From: an uncultured Acidobacteriaceae bacterium
Lineage (GTDB): Bacteria > Acidobacteriota > Terriglobia > Terriglobales > Acidobacteriaceae
Length of the DNA: 64,000 nucleotides
Direction: 5' to 3'
NCBI GenBank assembly: GCA_963696275.1
Contig: CAVOJQ010000012.1
Span: forward strand, 1,001,173 to 1,065,172
Position 1 is the first letter of the stretch. Each line of letters begins with the position of its first letter. The notes beneath the pieces were generated by a model. That model searched no databases, was not told where the DNA came from, and saw nothing but the letters and a program-made list of their open reading frames with translations. Both the position numbers and the translations under genes were made by a program. Positions 53,373-62,553 of this stretch are shown piece after piece.

Positions 53373-56300
53373 CTAGAACATGAATTTGACCGCCAGTTGC
53401 ACCAGCCGCGGACTCGCCGCACTCACCACCTGCCCGAAACTGCCGCTACTGATGTTGCCATTCACCGACGAGGCTCCATAGAACTGAGCGTGGTTGAAAA
53501 CGTTGAAGCCTTCTGCCCGGAACTGCACTGCTTTGCCTTCAGTGATGGCCAGTTCCTTCTGCAGGGCCATATCGAAGTTGACCAGACCCGGGCCATAAAA
53601 GAATCTCCGCCGAGCATTCCCCAGTTGTCCGAGGTAGGGTGTGACATTCGAAGGGAACAGAGATGTGTTGAAGGCGGCTCGCCCATTCCGCGGATCGTGG
53701 TTGATTTCGAGTTTGCCCGGCAGGTAGTAAGGAGTGTCCACTCCGTTGTTGTTAATGCCGTTCGGCATGCTCCCGAGCAGCGAACTGTCGGTGTTGTTGT
53801 AGAGCGTCACGGGCAGTCCCGTGGCAAATCGCGTAATGCCCGAAAGCGCCCAGCCCGTCGTCCAGCCGTTCTGCGCGTGTAGCAGCGCGGCGACTGGCAG
53901 TTTGTAGTGATAGCTGGCGACGAAATTTTGGCGCATGTCATACGCCGAGATGGCCTTGGTCAGCGCCGCCCCCATCGGATACACCGGCTCCGCCAGGCTC
54001 GAGGAATCATCCAGCGACTTCCCGTACGTGTATCCCGCCATCACTTCGAGCGACCTGCTGTTGTGCCGAAGGGAGACTTCAAGTGCGTTGTAGTTGGAGA
54101 AGCCGATCGTTTTCTGATACGTGATTCCATCAAACGCGGAACTGAACGGTCCTCTGACTTGCACGCTGGTGCCGTCTGCCTTGGTAAAGACCCCGCCTTC
54201 GCTGAAGGGACCGCAAGTGGGGGTTCCCGGCACGACCTGGCTCGGGTTGGCGACGCTCAGGCAGAGCGCCGCATTGCCCGGGTCCGCCGAGGTCAGGACC
54301 AGCAGGTGGTGCGCTTGCGCCCCAACGTAGCTTACCTTCAGTGTCGTGCTGGCGCGGAGTTCACGTTCCCAGGAGAGCGTGTAGCTTTCCGTGTAAGGCG
54401 ATGTGTTGCGATAGTAGAACGCGGGGTCTCCCGTGATCGGAGCGTACTTCGACCAGTCGACCGAAGTGTTCGGGTGGCCGGGCGATGCCCCGAACGCCGG
54501 GATCGGAGAAGGGAACGGCTGCCCGTTGCTCAACCCCGTAGTCGCGGAGACAAACGGCTCGTTGAACATCGGATGTCCGCCGGTGCTGTCATAGTCGTAT
54601 CCGTAGGGAGCGCAGGCGCTCATGATGCCTGCTGACAGTCCTTCAATCGCGGTGTGGAAAATGCCCCAACTGGCTCGGATACTGCTTTGATCGTGACCGC
54701 CGAATACCTTCGCCAGCACTTCGTCGTCAAAATTAGGAGAGTAGGCCAGACCCACGCGGGGAGCAAAGTCATTCCACCGTGTCGGAGCCAGCGACCGCGG
54801 TATGCCGGGGTCGCCTGGGAAAACCATCCCTTGCGGAGCATCGGGATAAACCTCCGACTGCTGCCCCAGTACGAATGTCTGAAGCTGGTTGTATTTCTCG
54901 TGCCAGGGAGGCAGCACATCCCAACGCACTCCATAATTGAGGATGAGGTTCGGCCGTACCCGCCAGCTGTCCTGCGCAAAAGCGCCGATGTATTTGTTGC
55001 GAATGTAAAACGGACCCGCGTCCCCCTGTTCGTAGGTGCTGGCAATGCCCAGCAGATAATCGGCAAAGTCAGAGCCGGTTTCCGTGCCTTGAAAAACGAA
55101 CGAACCATTGTTGATTGAATTGGAGTTGATGTTGATCTGGTCGAAGTGAAAGCTGCCCCCGAGTTTAAGCGTATGCGCGCCCATCACGCGCGACAGATTA
55201 TCGCTCCACTGAAAAGTGTTGTTGACCTGCCGTTCGCCGGTTACATCGACGCCAATGGTGAAGTCGTTGAATGTGACGTTCTCGATACCTTCAATACCCG
55301 GATTCAGCGGGACGATCCCCAGCGTCCCCTTTCCCGCCACAAAACCTTGCGAAGCCAGTGACGGCCCCACCCCGCCAATCGGCTGCCCAATCACGTTGCC
55401 GTAGCGCAGGTAGCTGAAGCGGGTTTCGTTCACCATGCCAGCGCCCCATGCCTTCGTCAGGCCGGCACTGAAGAGTTGCGCGCGGCCTTCGGAAAGCGCG
55501 TTGAATCCTGGCACGTTCGCGCCGCCTTGCTCCGTTGGGTACGGGTTATCCATTGTGTATTGATCGATAAAATAGTAGCCCGTAAAATTTCCGAATCGCG
55601 TGCCGGCGTCAAAGCGCGCCGCACTTTTGTTGTCGCCTAGGGTTTCATTTCCCGATGAGCTCGAGAAAACATTCAACCCAACCGTCGGTTGCGGAATGTA
55701 CTGCATCAGTGACGTCGCCGGGGCCGACCATGCCTTTTGCGGTATCACTGCATTCGGAAACACGGCCGAGTAGGGCTCTCCCGCGGCCACCGCGTAACCA
55801 AGCTTTGCTGAAAGCTGTCCCGCCCAGAAATCTGTGCTGACGTGGCCCGTGAGTTGCGCCCCGAGGTCGGTGATATTCCCCGTTCGGTCCGCCTGACTCG
55901 GCACCACAATGTTTCCCGTCTCCTGTCCCTGCGTCATCTGCGTACCCTGATAATCGACGAAAAAATAAGCTTTCTCTTTTCGGATAGGTCCGCCCACCGT
56001 GCCGCCGTACTGATTACGATCATAGGTCGCTCGCTCGCTGCCGAAATAATTGCGCGAGTCCAAATCCGTATTGCGCAGGAACTCAAAAGCGCTCCCGTGG
56101 ATCTGGTTGCCACCGGATTTGGTTGCCACCAGTACCTGGCCTCCGCTGAAATTCCCGTACTCAGCGTCGAAATTGCTGGTCAGCACTCGGAGTTCCTCGA
56201 TCGAATCCAGGTTGGGCATCACCGCCGTGCCGTTGTTGAAGTCCTCCTCGACCACACTTCCGTTGACCATAAAGCCATTCGCGGTTTCACGCTGGCCGCT

Positions 56301-56930
56301 CACCGACACATCGCCGGGGTTCAGATCTCCCGAAGGGGGCGTACTTGTGCAGCCAGACATCACCACCGCATTCGGTTGTGCCGAACTCGCGGGAATCACG
56401 CCCGGCTGTATCGCCAGCAGATCAGTGAAGCTGCGGCCGTTAAGCGGAACGTTGGTCATTTTGCTCGCGGCGATGGCTTCTCCCATCTGGGTATCAGACA
56501 GGTCCACCTGAAGACCCGCCGCCGAAACTTCGACGATTGTGCTCTCCGAATTCAGCGCCAGCGCGACGTCCAGTTTCAGGGCCGCCGCTGGGTCGAGTGC
56601 GAAATCACCGTGCGCATAAGGCTTGAATCCCGCTGCAGCGACCTCAATCTGGTAACGGCCCGGCACAAGACTGAGAAATGCGTAGGAGCCATCTCCGTTC
56701 GTCGTCGCCGTCAGTTGCGCCCCGTGCTCCAGGTCATCCAGCGTAACCTTGGCGTCGGCCACCACCGCGCCACTCGGGTCCGCAACGATGCCGAAGACGC
56801 TGGCCGCAGGCTCCGCCCACGCCGTCAGGCAGCACGCAAGGAAGATCGCAAAAAAAAACGCCGCTACCCAGCCCACCCGCATGAAGCTGTAAATCCTGCT
56901 TTGTTTTATGAGTTTCTCGCCCGAATCCAT
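53373..56930 (-). CDS. TonB-dependent receptor-like outer-membrane protein with carboxypeptidase-regulatory-like domain (start 56930 or 56882)
   Basis: 'FGIVADPSGAVVADAKVTLDDLEHGAQLTATTNGDGSYAFLSLVPGRYQIEVAAAGF', plug-like 'IEELRVLTSNFDAEYGNFSGGQVLVATKSGGN', C-terminal 'PRLVQLAVKFMF'. Confidence 0.8.
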   Translation of the reverse strand: MDSGEKLIKQSRIYSFMRVGWVAAFFFAIFLACCLTAWAEPAASVFGIVADPSGAVVADAKVTLDDLEHGAQLTATTNGDGSYAFLSLVPGRYQIEVAAAGFKPYAHGDFALDPAAALKLDVALALNSESTIVEVSAAGLQVDLSDTQMGEAIAASKMTNVPLNGRSFTDLLAIQPGVIPASSAQPNAVVMSGCTSTPPSGDLNPGDVSVSGQRETANGFMVNGSVVEEDFNNGTAVMPNLDSIEELRVLTSNFDAEYGNFSGGQVLVATKSGGNQIHGSAFEFLRNTDLDSRNYFGSERATYDRNQYGGTVGGPIRKEKAYFFVDYQGTQMTQGQETGNIVVPSQADRTGNITDLGAQLTGHVSTDFWAGQLSAKLGYAVAAGEPYSAVFPNAVIPQKAWSAPATSLMQYIPQPTVGLNVFSSSSGNETLGDNKSAARFDAGTRFGNFTGYYFIDQYTMDNPYPTEQGGANVPGFNALSEGRAQLFSAGLTKAWGAGMVNETRFSYLRYGNVIGQPIGGVGPSLASQGFVAGKGTLGIVPLNPGIEGIENVTFNDFTIGVDVTGERQVNNTFQWSDNLSRVMGAHTLKLGGSFHFDQININSNSINNGSFVFQGTETGSDFADYLLGIASTYEQGDAGPFYIRNKYIGAFAQDSWRVRPNLILNYGVRWDVLPPWHEKYNQLQTFVLGQQSEVYPDAPQGMVFPGDPGIPRSLAPTRWNDFAPRVGLAYSPNFDDEVLAKVFGGHDQSSIRASWGIFHTAIEGLSAGIMSACAPYGYDYDSTGGHPMFNEPFVSATTGLSNGQPFPSPIPAFGASPGHPNTSVDWSKYAPITGDPAFYYRNTSPYTESYTLSWERELRASTTLKVSYVGAQAHHLLVLTSADPGNAALCLSVANPSQVVPGTPTCGPFSEGGVFTKADGTSVQVRGPFSSAFDGITYQKTIGFSNYNALEVSLRHNSRSLEVMAGYTYGKSLDDSSSLAEPVYPMGAALTKAISAYDMRQNFVASYHYKLPVAALLHAQNGWTTGWALSGITRFATGLPVTLYNNTDSSLLGSMPNGINNNGVDTPYYLPGKLEINHDPRNGRAAFNTSLFPSNVTPYLGQLGNARRRFFYGPGLVNFDMALQKELAITEGKAVQFRAEGFNVFNHAQFYGASSVNGNISSGSFGQVVSAASPRLVQLAVKFMF

Positions 56931-57009
56931 GATGGATGATGCCTTTCCTATATGCGACTCAATCGCAACTAGTAGCACAAAAAAATGAAAACTCAATCAG
57001 CCTGCCAGT

Positions 57010-57035
57010 TGAAATTGAATTTCATTTTCATTATC
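57010..57035 (-). promoter_or_regulatory. AT-rich Fur-box-like sequence upstream of the second TonB-dependent receptor gene
   Basis: 'GAATTTCATTTTCATTATC' matches 13/19 of the GATAATGATAATCATTATC consensus (hand alignment). An adjacent palindrome is GAAATTGAATTTC. Confidence 0.3.
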
Positions 57036-57112
57036 CCGACGCCCGAATCTTGCCGCCGTGACCACAATCACACAGCTATGTTTGCCGTTCAGGCCGCAAG
57101 GCTCGGACAGAG

Positions 57113-57142
57113 CAATAAAAAAAGGCGCGATCGCTCGCGCCC
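57113..57142 (-). terminator. intrinsic terminator of rpoD
   Basis: Minus strand 'GGCGCGA GCGA TCGCGCC' followed by TTTTTTT. Confidence 0.75.
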
Positions 57143-57153
57143 CACTTCTGCAA

Positions 57154-57173
57154 TCTGACCTCTGACCTCGACC
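57154..57173. repeat. heptamer x about 2.9 tandem repeat directly downstream of the rpoD stop
   Basis: 'TCTGACC TCTGACC TCGACC', adjacent to the stop at 57174-57176. Confidence 0.6.
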
Positions 57174-58868
57174 TTAGTCCCTCACCCCATCCATAAACGC
57201 TCGCAGCTTCCGCGACCGCGATGGATGCCGCAGCTTTCTTAGCGCCTTCGCCTCGATCTGCCGGATGCGTTCACGCGTTACCGCGAACGACTGCCCGACT
57301 TCCTCCAGCGTGTGCTCCGAGCCATCTTCCAGCCCGAAACGCATCTTGATAACCTTCTCCTCGCGCGGCGTCAGCGTGCGCAGCACCTGCGAAGTTTGGT
57401 CTTTGAGGTTGACGTTGATGACCGCTTCAGCCGGAGAAACCACCGCCCGGTCTTCAATGAAGTCGCCCAGATGCGAATCTTCCTCTTCCCCAATCGGCGT
57501 TTCGAGAGAGATCGGCTCCTGCGCAATCTTCAGCACCTTGCGGACTTTCGCCACCGGAATATCCATCCGCTTGGCGATTTCTTCCGAGGTCGGTTCGCGT
57601 CCCAGTTCCTGCACCAGCTGACGCGACGTGCGGATCAGCTTGTTGATCGTTTCGATCATGTGCACCGGGATGCGAATCGTACGCGCCTGATCGGCAATCG
57701 CGCGGGTAATCGCCTGCCGAATCCACCACGTCGCATAAGTCGAAAACTTATACCCGCGGCGATATTCGAACTTGTCCACCGCCTTCATCAGGCCGATGTT
57801 GCCCTCCTGAATCAGGTCGAGGAACTGCAATCCCCGATTGGTGTACTTTTTCGCAATCGAAACCACCAGCCGCAAGTTCGCTTCAATCAACTCGCGCTTG
57901 GCGTGCTCGGCGTCCATGTCGCCCTGGATGATCTCGCGCTGTGTACGCTTGAGCTCCTGGAACAACAGGCCCGCTTCCACTTCAAGCTTTTCCAGCTCTC
58001 CGCGGACCGCGCGCGACTGCTTTTTGTATTCCTTTTTTTGCTCTTCGCTGCGCGTCGCGTCGGCCCGCTTTTCCAGGTTCTGGATCTGCCGGTCGAGCGA
58101 CCGCATCCCGTCGACCGTGCGATTGACGCGGTCGATCAGCCGCTTGCGTTCGTTGTTGGTGAAGCCCAGCTTGCGCACCGCAATCGACGTGCGCACAATC
58201 GCGCGCGCCAGGTGAAAACGATACCGGCGATGGTCGCGCGGACGCTTCTTTTGATTCACCGCCGCCAATTTCTCGACGAACGGCATGATCTTCTTGTAAA
58301 GCTTGTCAAGATTGTGGATCTTGCCAAGAAATTCTTTCAGGCGCTTGTCGACGATCTCTTCCGTGATTTCCTCTTCATCGAACGTCACCAGCTCTTTAAT
58401 CGAGCGGACGCCCTTCTCGAGGTCCTCGCCCAGGGCGAGGAGTTCACGAATCACAATCGGCGAGCGCGAAAGCGCCTTCAGAACTCGGTTTTGCCCCCGC
58501 TCGATCCGCTTGGCGATTTCCACTTCGCCTTCGCGCGTGAGCAGCGGCACGGTTCCCATCTCGCGCAGATACATGCGGACGGGATCATTGGTTTTTTCCA
58601 GAGCGCCCGGGGTTAGGTCGAGTTCGACATCCTCGGACGCATCATCCACTTCCTCGAATTTTTTTTCCAGATCGGTCGTCGGCCCTTTCGAGCTTTCGAG
58701 TACATCGATTCCTTGCGTTCCGATCGTGGTCAGCAGATCTTCCAGGTCTTCAGGAGAGTGCACATCGTGCGGGATTAGGTCGTTGACCTGATCATAGGTC
58801 AGATATCCCTTCTCTTTGCCTGCGTCGATCAGCTTTTTTATGTCGTCGTACTTGTCGTCTAGTGCCAA
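57174..58868 (-). CDS. rpoD: primary RNA polymerase sigma factor
   Basis: '[11 protein letters not shown]', '[43 protein letters not shown]', '[27 protein letters not shown]', '[30 protein letters not shown]'. Confidence 0.95.
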   Translation of the reverse strand: MALDDKYDDIKKLIDAGKEKGYLTYDQVNDLIPHDVHSPEDLEDLLTTIGTQGIDVLESSKGPTTDLEKKFEEVDDASEDVELDLTPGALEKTNDPVRMYLREMGTVPLLTREGEVEIAKRIERGQNRVLKALSRSPIVIRELLALGEDLEKGVRSIKELVTFDEEEITEEIVDKRLKEFLGKIHNLDKLYKKIMPFVEKLAAVNQKKRPRDHRRYRFHLARAIVRTSIAVRKLGFTNNERKRLIDRVNRTVDGMRSLDRQIQNLEKRADATRSEEQKKEYKKQSRAVRGELEKLEVEAGLLFQELKRTQREIIQGDMDAEHAKRELIEANLRLVVSIAKKYTNRGLQFLDLIQEGNIGLMKAVDKFEYRRGYKFSTYATWWIRQAITRAIADQARTIRIPVHMIETINKLIRTSRQLVQELGREPTSEEIAKRMDIPVAKVRKVLKIAQEPISLETPIGEEEDSHLGDFIEDRAVVSPAEAVINVNLKDQTSQVLRTLTPREEKVIKMRFGLEDGSEHTLEEVGQSFAVTRERIRQIEAKALRKLRHPSRSRKLRAFMDGVRD

Positions 58869-59064
58869 TGCAGATTATCCTTCAAGGCGTCCGCTGGTGA
58901 GCAAACGCCAAACCATTGAGCGGTGGGAGTTGGAACGGAGTTGTGCGCAGAGGCACAAACCTTAAAAGTATAGCACGCCGACTCCTTTTGCCGCCTGCAT
59001 CTATTTCTCCGCCTGGTCTTTAGATGTCGCCCGGCCACATTTCGTTCCAAGCCCTGTTTTTAAA

Positions 59065-59096
59065 GATGGAGCGACGGGCGTCCTCGCCCGTCCACC
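59065..59096 (+). repeat. REP-like GC-hairpin element, copy 4
   Basis: 'GATGGAGCGACGGGCGTCCTCGCCCGTCCACC', between dnaG and rpoD. Confidence 0.8.
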
Positions 59097-59169
59097 AACA
59101 AGCCTCAGAATTACCCCAGTCCCCGGTGCTACCAGCCGTCCGGCGCAGCCCCAGGTGAGAGCCGGCGCC

Positions 59170-61212
59170 CTACGACGCTTCGCCATCCATCCCCTCGCCC
59201 AGCCCCGGATCCATCAGCGCCCGCTTCAACCGCACTTTTTCCTGCAATAACGCCTGTTTCTCCGCCGCCGACGCTCCCGCACGCTGCAACGCCAGCTGCA
59301 CCTCCTCCAGCCGCCGCCGCAAATAAATCCTCCGCAGCGCCCGCACCGCCCCCTCCACCGTCTCCGGCGTCAGCTCTTCCTCTTCGTGCATCAGGATCGA
59401 CGCCAACAGCCGCCGGTCTTCCTCCGTCTTCGGCAATGTCATGACATCAGCCGTTTCGCTTCCGCCTTCCAGCAGCGCCTCGATCAACGACTGCGACGCC
59501 AATCCCTCATAAAGATGCTCCGATTGCAATGCAAACTGCGCCTGCCGCGCCGGATCAAATTCCTCATCCGTCCCGTCGCGCGCCGAACTCCGCGTCCCGC
59601 TCGCCTGCATCTCCCTCGCCGAAGCCAGCGCCCGGATCAAAACCCGCTCTGCTCCCGTCAATTGCCCTTCCGCCGTCGCTTTCACCTGCGTAGCCGAGCG
59701 GTTGGTGGCCGCGTGCTTCAGTTCCTGCCGCAGCACCGCCGAATCAATCCCCAGCTTCTGCGAAATTTCCAGCGCCAGCTCATCGCGCACAATCCGGCTC
59801 GGCACCCGCTGAATATGCGGCAAGAGATGGTTGACGGCTTTAATCTTGCTGTCCGAGTTACGCCCCGGAAACATCGCCCGCGCCCGGTCAATCAGATAAT
59901 CGAAATATTTCTGCGAGTGCTTCAGCGCCGCGCTATAGGCCACCTTGCCCTTCCGCCGGATGAACAGATCCGGATCGTATCCTGTTTCGAGCGTTAGCAC
60001 CTGAATGTTGAATTCTTCCTCCACCAGCAACCCCAGCGTCCGTTCCGTAGCCCGCGCTCCCGCTGTATCGGGATCGAAATTAACCACCACCCTTTTCGAG
60101 AACCGCCCCAGCAGTTTCGCCTGCAGCTCAGTAAACGCCGTCCCCGAACTGGCAATCACATTATGAAATCCCGCCGCATACACCGAAATACAATCCATCT
60201 GCCCTTCGACCAGGATCGAGTAGTCCAGCTTCCGAATCGCCTCTTTCGCGTTGTCCAGATTGAAAAGCACGCGCGACTTCGAATAAATCGGCGTCTCCGG
60301 AGAATTCAGATACTTCGGCCCCGCCTTCTCATCCGTCGAAAGCGTCCGCCCAGTGAACGCAATCACCTTCCCCTGGTCATTGCAGATCGGAAACATCACC
60401 CGATTACGAAATTTGGAGTAAATAGCCGCCTTTGGCTCCTGGCCCTTGCCTTTTGGCTCGAAGCCCTCACCGTCTGCTGTTCGCGGTTCGTCGTTCGCGT
60501 CAGAAATCTCCACTAAATTGTTGTCCGGAGCGTAACCAGGGTCCCCGGAACGCGCGTCTTTTGCGCGCTCCGGGGTGGCGGAGCGAAAAACCTGCCTTTC
60601 CTGACGACTGCCCACCGACGACGGACGACTGTCTTCCTTCCACGAAAACAGCCCACTCTCCCGCAACAACTCCTCCTCAAACTCCCGCCGCAAAGCGTCC
60701 CGCAACAAGAAGCCGGAATCCGGCGCATACCCAATCCGAAAGCGCGCAATCGTTTCGTCATCCAGCCCGCGGCCCTTCAGATACTGACGCGCATTCGCCC
60801 CCTCCGGGCGCCGCAAACACTCCTGAAAATACGCGGTCGCCCGTACATGCACGTCCAGCAGCGCCATCCGAACCTGCGCGTCGCGCGCCTCCGCCGGACT
60901 CGAAAAGCTCATCTTCGGCATCGCCACGCCCAGCTTCTGCGCCAGCAGCCGGACCGCCTCCAAAAACGAAATGTTCTCCACCTTCTGGACGAAGGTAAAA
61001 ACATCCCCCGATTCTCCGCAGCCAAAGCAATGAAAAAACTGCCGCGTCGCATGCACCGAAAACGAAGGGGTCTTCTCCGCATGAAACGGGCACAGCCCCG
61101 AAAAATTCTGCGCCCCGGCCTTCTTCAGCTTGACGTAGTCCCCCACAATCCGGACGATGTCCGCCTGCTGCTTAAGCGTCTCTTTGAAATTGTCCGACGA
61201 AGGCAGAGTCAT
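59170..61212 (-). CDS. dnaG: DNA primase
   Basis: Zinc finger 'GLCPFHAEKTPSFSV ... FHCFGCGESGDVFTF', 'FRNRVMFPI', TOPRIM 'ILVEGQMDCISV ... NFDPDTAG'. It contains a roughly 70-aa hydrophilic insert. Confidence 0.9.
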   Translation of the reverse strand: MTLPSSDNFKETLKQQADIVRIVGDYVKLKKAGAQNFSGLCPFHAEKTPSFSVHATRQFFHCFGCGESGDVFTFVQKVENISFLEAVRLLAQKLGVAMPKMSFSSPAEARDAQVRMALLDVHVRATAYFQECLRRPEGANARQYLKGRGLDDETIARFRIGYAPDSGFLLRDALRREFEEELLRESGLFSWKEDSRPSSVGSRQERQVFRSATPERAKDARSGDPGYAPDNNLVEISDANDEPRTADGEGFEPKGKGQEPKAAIYSKFRNRVMFPICNDQGKVIAFTGRTLSTDEKAGPKYLNSPETPIYSKSRVLFNLDNAKEAIRKLDYSILVEGQMDCISVYAAGFHNVIASSGTAFTELQAKLLGRFSKRVVVNFDPDTAGARATERTLGLLVEEEFNIQVLTLETGYDPDLFIRRKGKVAYSAALKHSQKYFDYLIDRARAMFPGRNSDSKIKAVNHLLPHIQRVPSRIVRDELALEISQKLGIDSAVLRQELKHAATNRSATQVKATAEGQLTGAERVLIRALASAREMQASGTRSSARDGTDEEFDPARQAQFALQSEHLYEGLASQSLIEALLEGGSETADVMTLPKTEEDRRLLASILMHEEEELTPETVEGAVRALRRIYLRRRLEEVQLALQRAGASAAEKQALLQEKVRLKRALMDPGLGEGMDGEAS

Positions 61213-61343
61213 GGGCGCACTTAAATCCCGTGCTAATAATTATGAGGGCCAAAAGCGCGAAGGGGAACGAAAGACTGCCAGGTGGCTGTGGGAAAAGTGT
61301 GGATTACTGGGTTTGGCACTTGATGCTTTTGGAAAAGGGGACT

Positions 61344-61386
61344 CCAAGAAACAAATGCGGCTCGGGCCAGCCACCCAAGCCGCATT
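61344..61386 (-). terminator. strong terminator/attenuator hairpin about 130 nt upstream of the dnaG start
   Basis: Minus strand 'AATGCGGCTTGGG TGGCTGG CCCGAGCCGCATT' (13-bp stem including one G-U pair) followed by 'TGTTTCTT'. Confidence 0.5.
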
Positions 61387-61518
61387 GTTATCGCGGATAC
61401 TCTGAACTGCGATCTCTCATCGGAGATGAAAGATCATCGCGCCACCGCACTCCGAAAAGTGCCGCGCGCAACGCTCACCCAAAGCTCACGCTCCAGGTTA
61501 CGGTTCGGCATTTTCCAT

Positions 61519-61547
61519 CCTCCTCGAAAGAAGGATTTCTTAGGAGG
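61519..61547 (-). promoter_or_regulatory. hairpin pairing an SD (GAGGAGG) with an upstream CCTCCT anti-SD
   Basis: Minus strand 'CCTCCTAAGAAA TCC TTCTTTCGAGGAGG', then 'ATGGAAAATG'. Confidence 0.4.
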
Positions 61548-61873
61548 CCGCTAAGCCCGGGCACCGGCGCACTGGACATGCGCCGAATTTCCCCCGGTGA
61601 CTCACTCTCAGATCACCGGCAACGCCGAACCCTATCGCAACAGATTCAGAACATCTCACGCTTTGACTGCAAGCACTTTGCGGCAGCCGAAAATTTAACG
61701 CAACCGCAAATTCCATCCTCGTTGTGTAAAAACTGTGGAGCCGCGTAACTTCCTGTGGAAGCGGCAGGAAAAGTGCGGCTTTAATTCGCGCTGCCCATCA
61801 ACCGCATCCCTCGTAGACATCTGCCGCCGCCTCACCGCCGGCGCAATCCCTACTCTGCCGTACAATCATTCCG

Positions 61874-62461
61874 ATGATCGCTCATCTTCGCGGAACTCTG
61901 TTGGCGAAACATCCCAATCAGGCCATCGTCGAAACTCATGGCGTCGGCTATGACGTCGTCATCAGCGTGCCTACGTTCACCGAGATGCCGCCGGCTGGCG
62001 CCGAGGTCGCACTCCACATTCACACCCACGTTCGCGAAGATGCGCTCAGCCTCTACGGATTCCTGCGTCTCTCTGAGAAGCGCCTTTTTGAGAAACTCCT
62101 GACCGTAAGCGGGATCGGTCCCAAGCTCGCCATCACAATTCTCAGCGGCATGCCCGCCGACGAAATGGTGGCCGCGATTCGCGCCGGCGACCTCGCCCGC
62201 CTCACTCGCATCCCGGGAATCGGAAAGAAAACGGCCGAACGCATGGTGCTTGAACTCCGCGACAAGCTGGCCTCCGCCGGACAAACGGAAGTCAGCACCG
62301 CGACGACCAGCCCGGTGGAAGAAGATGTTCTTTCCGCGCTCGTCAATCTCGGTTATCAGCGCGCCTCGGCTGAGAAAGCCCTGCTCGCCGCGCGGAGCGC
62401 AAAAACTCCGCAGACTTTTGACGTGCTGTTTCGAGAGGCATTGGGGTCGCTGTCAAACTGA
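61874..62461 (+). CDS. ruvA: Holliday junction DNA helicase RuvA
   Basis: 'MIAHLRGTL ... VGYDVVIS ... HVREDALSLYGF ... LFEKLLTVSGIGPKLA ... LTRIPGIGKKTAERMVLEL'. Confidence 0.9.
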   Translation: MIAHLRGTLLAKHPNQAIVETHGVGYDVVISVPTFTEMPPAGAEVALHIHTHVREDALSLYGFLRLSEKRLFEKLLTVSGIGPKLAITILSGMPADEMVAAIRAGDLARLTRIPGIGKKTAERMVLELRDKLASAGQTEVSTATTSPVEEDVLSALVNLGYQRASAEKALLAARSAKTPQTFDVLFREALGSLSN

Positions 62462-62553
62462 AGGCGCCGCCCAGAGCATCAGGACTTAGAGCATTAAGAC
62501 ACGGGGCTTTAGCCCCTGAGGGATAGGTCCGCCCTCATCCCTGGAGGTTTTTC

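Noticed and set aside
57312-58616. 434-aa plus-strand ORF.
   Set aside because: It is antisense to rpoD, whose identity is unambiguous.
58960-59010. Sigma70 promoter for rpoD (TATACT on the minus strand near 58964-58969).
   Set aside because: There is no acceptable -35 hexamer at 16-18 nt spacing, so I cannot support it from sequence alone.
61230-61748. 172-aa ORF in the ruvA/dnaG intergenic region.
   Set aside because: It is Arg/Ser/Pro-rich and low-complexity, has low third-position GC and lacks SD and motifs. The region is better explained as structured non-coding leader.
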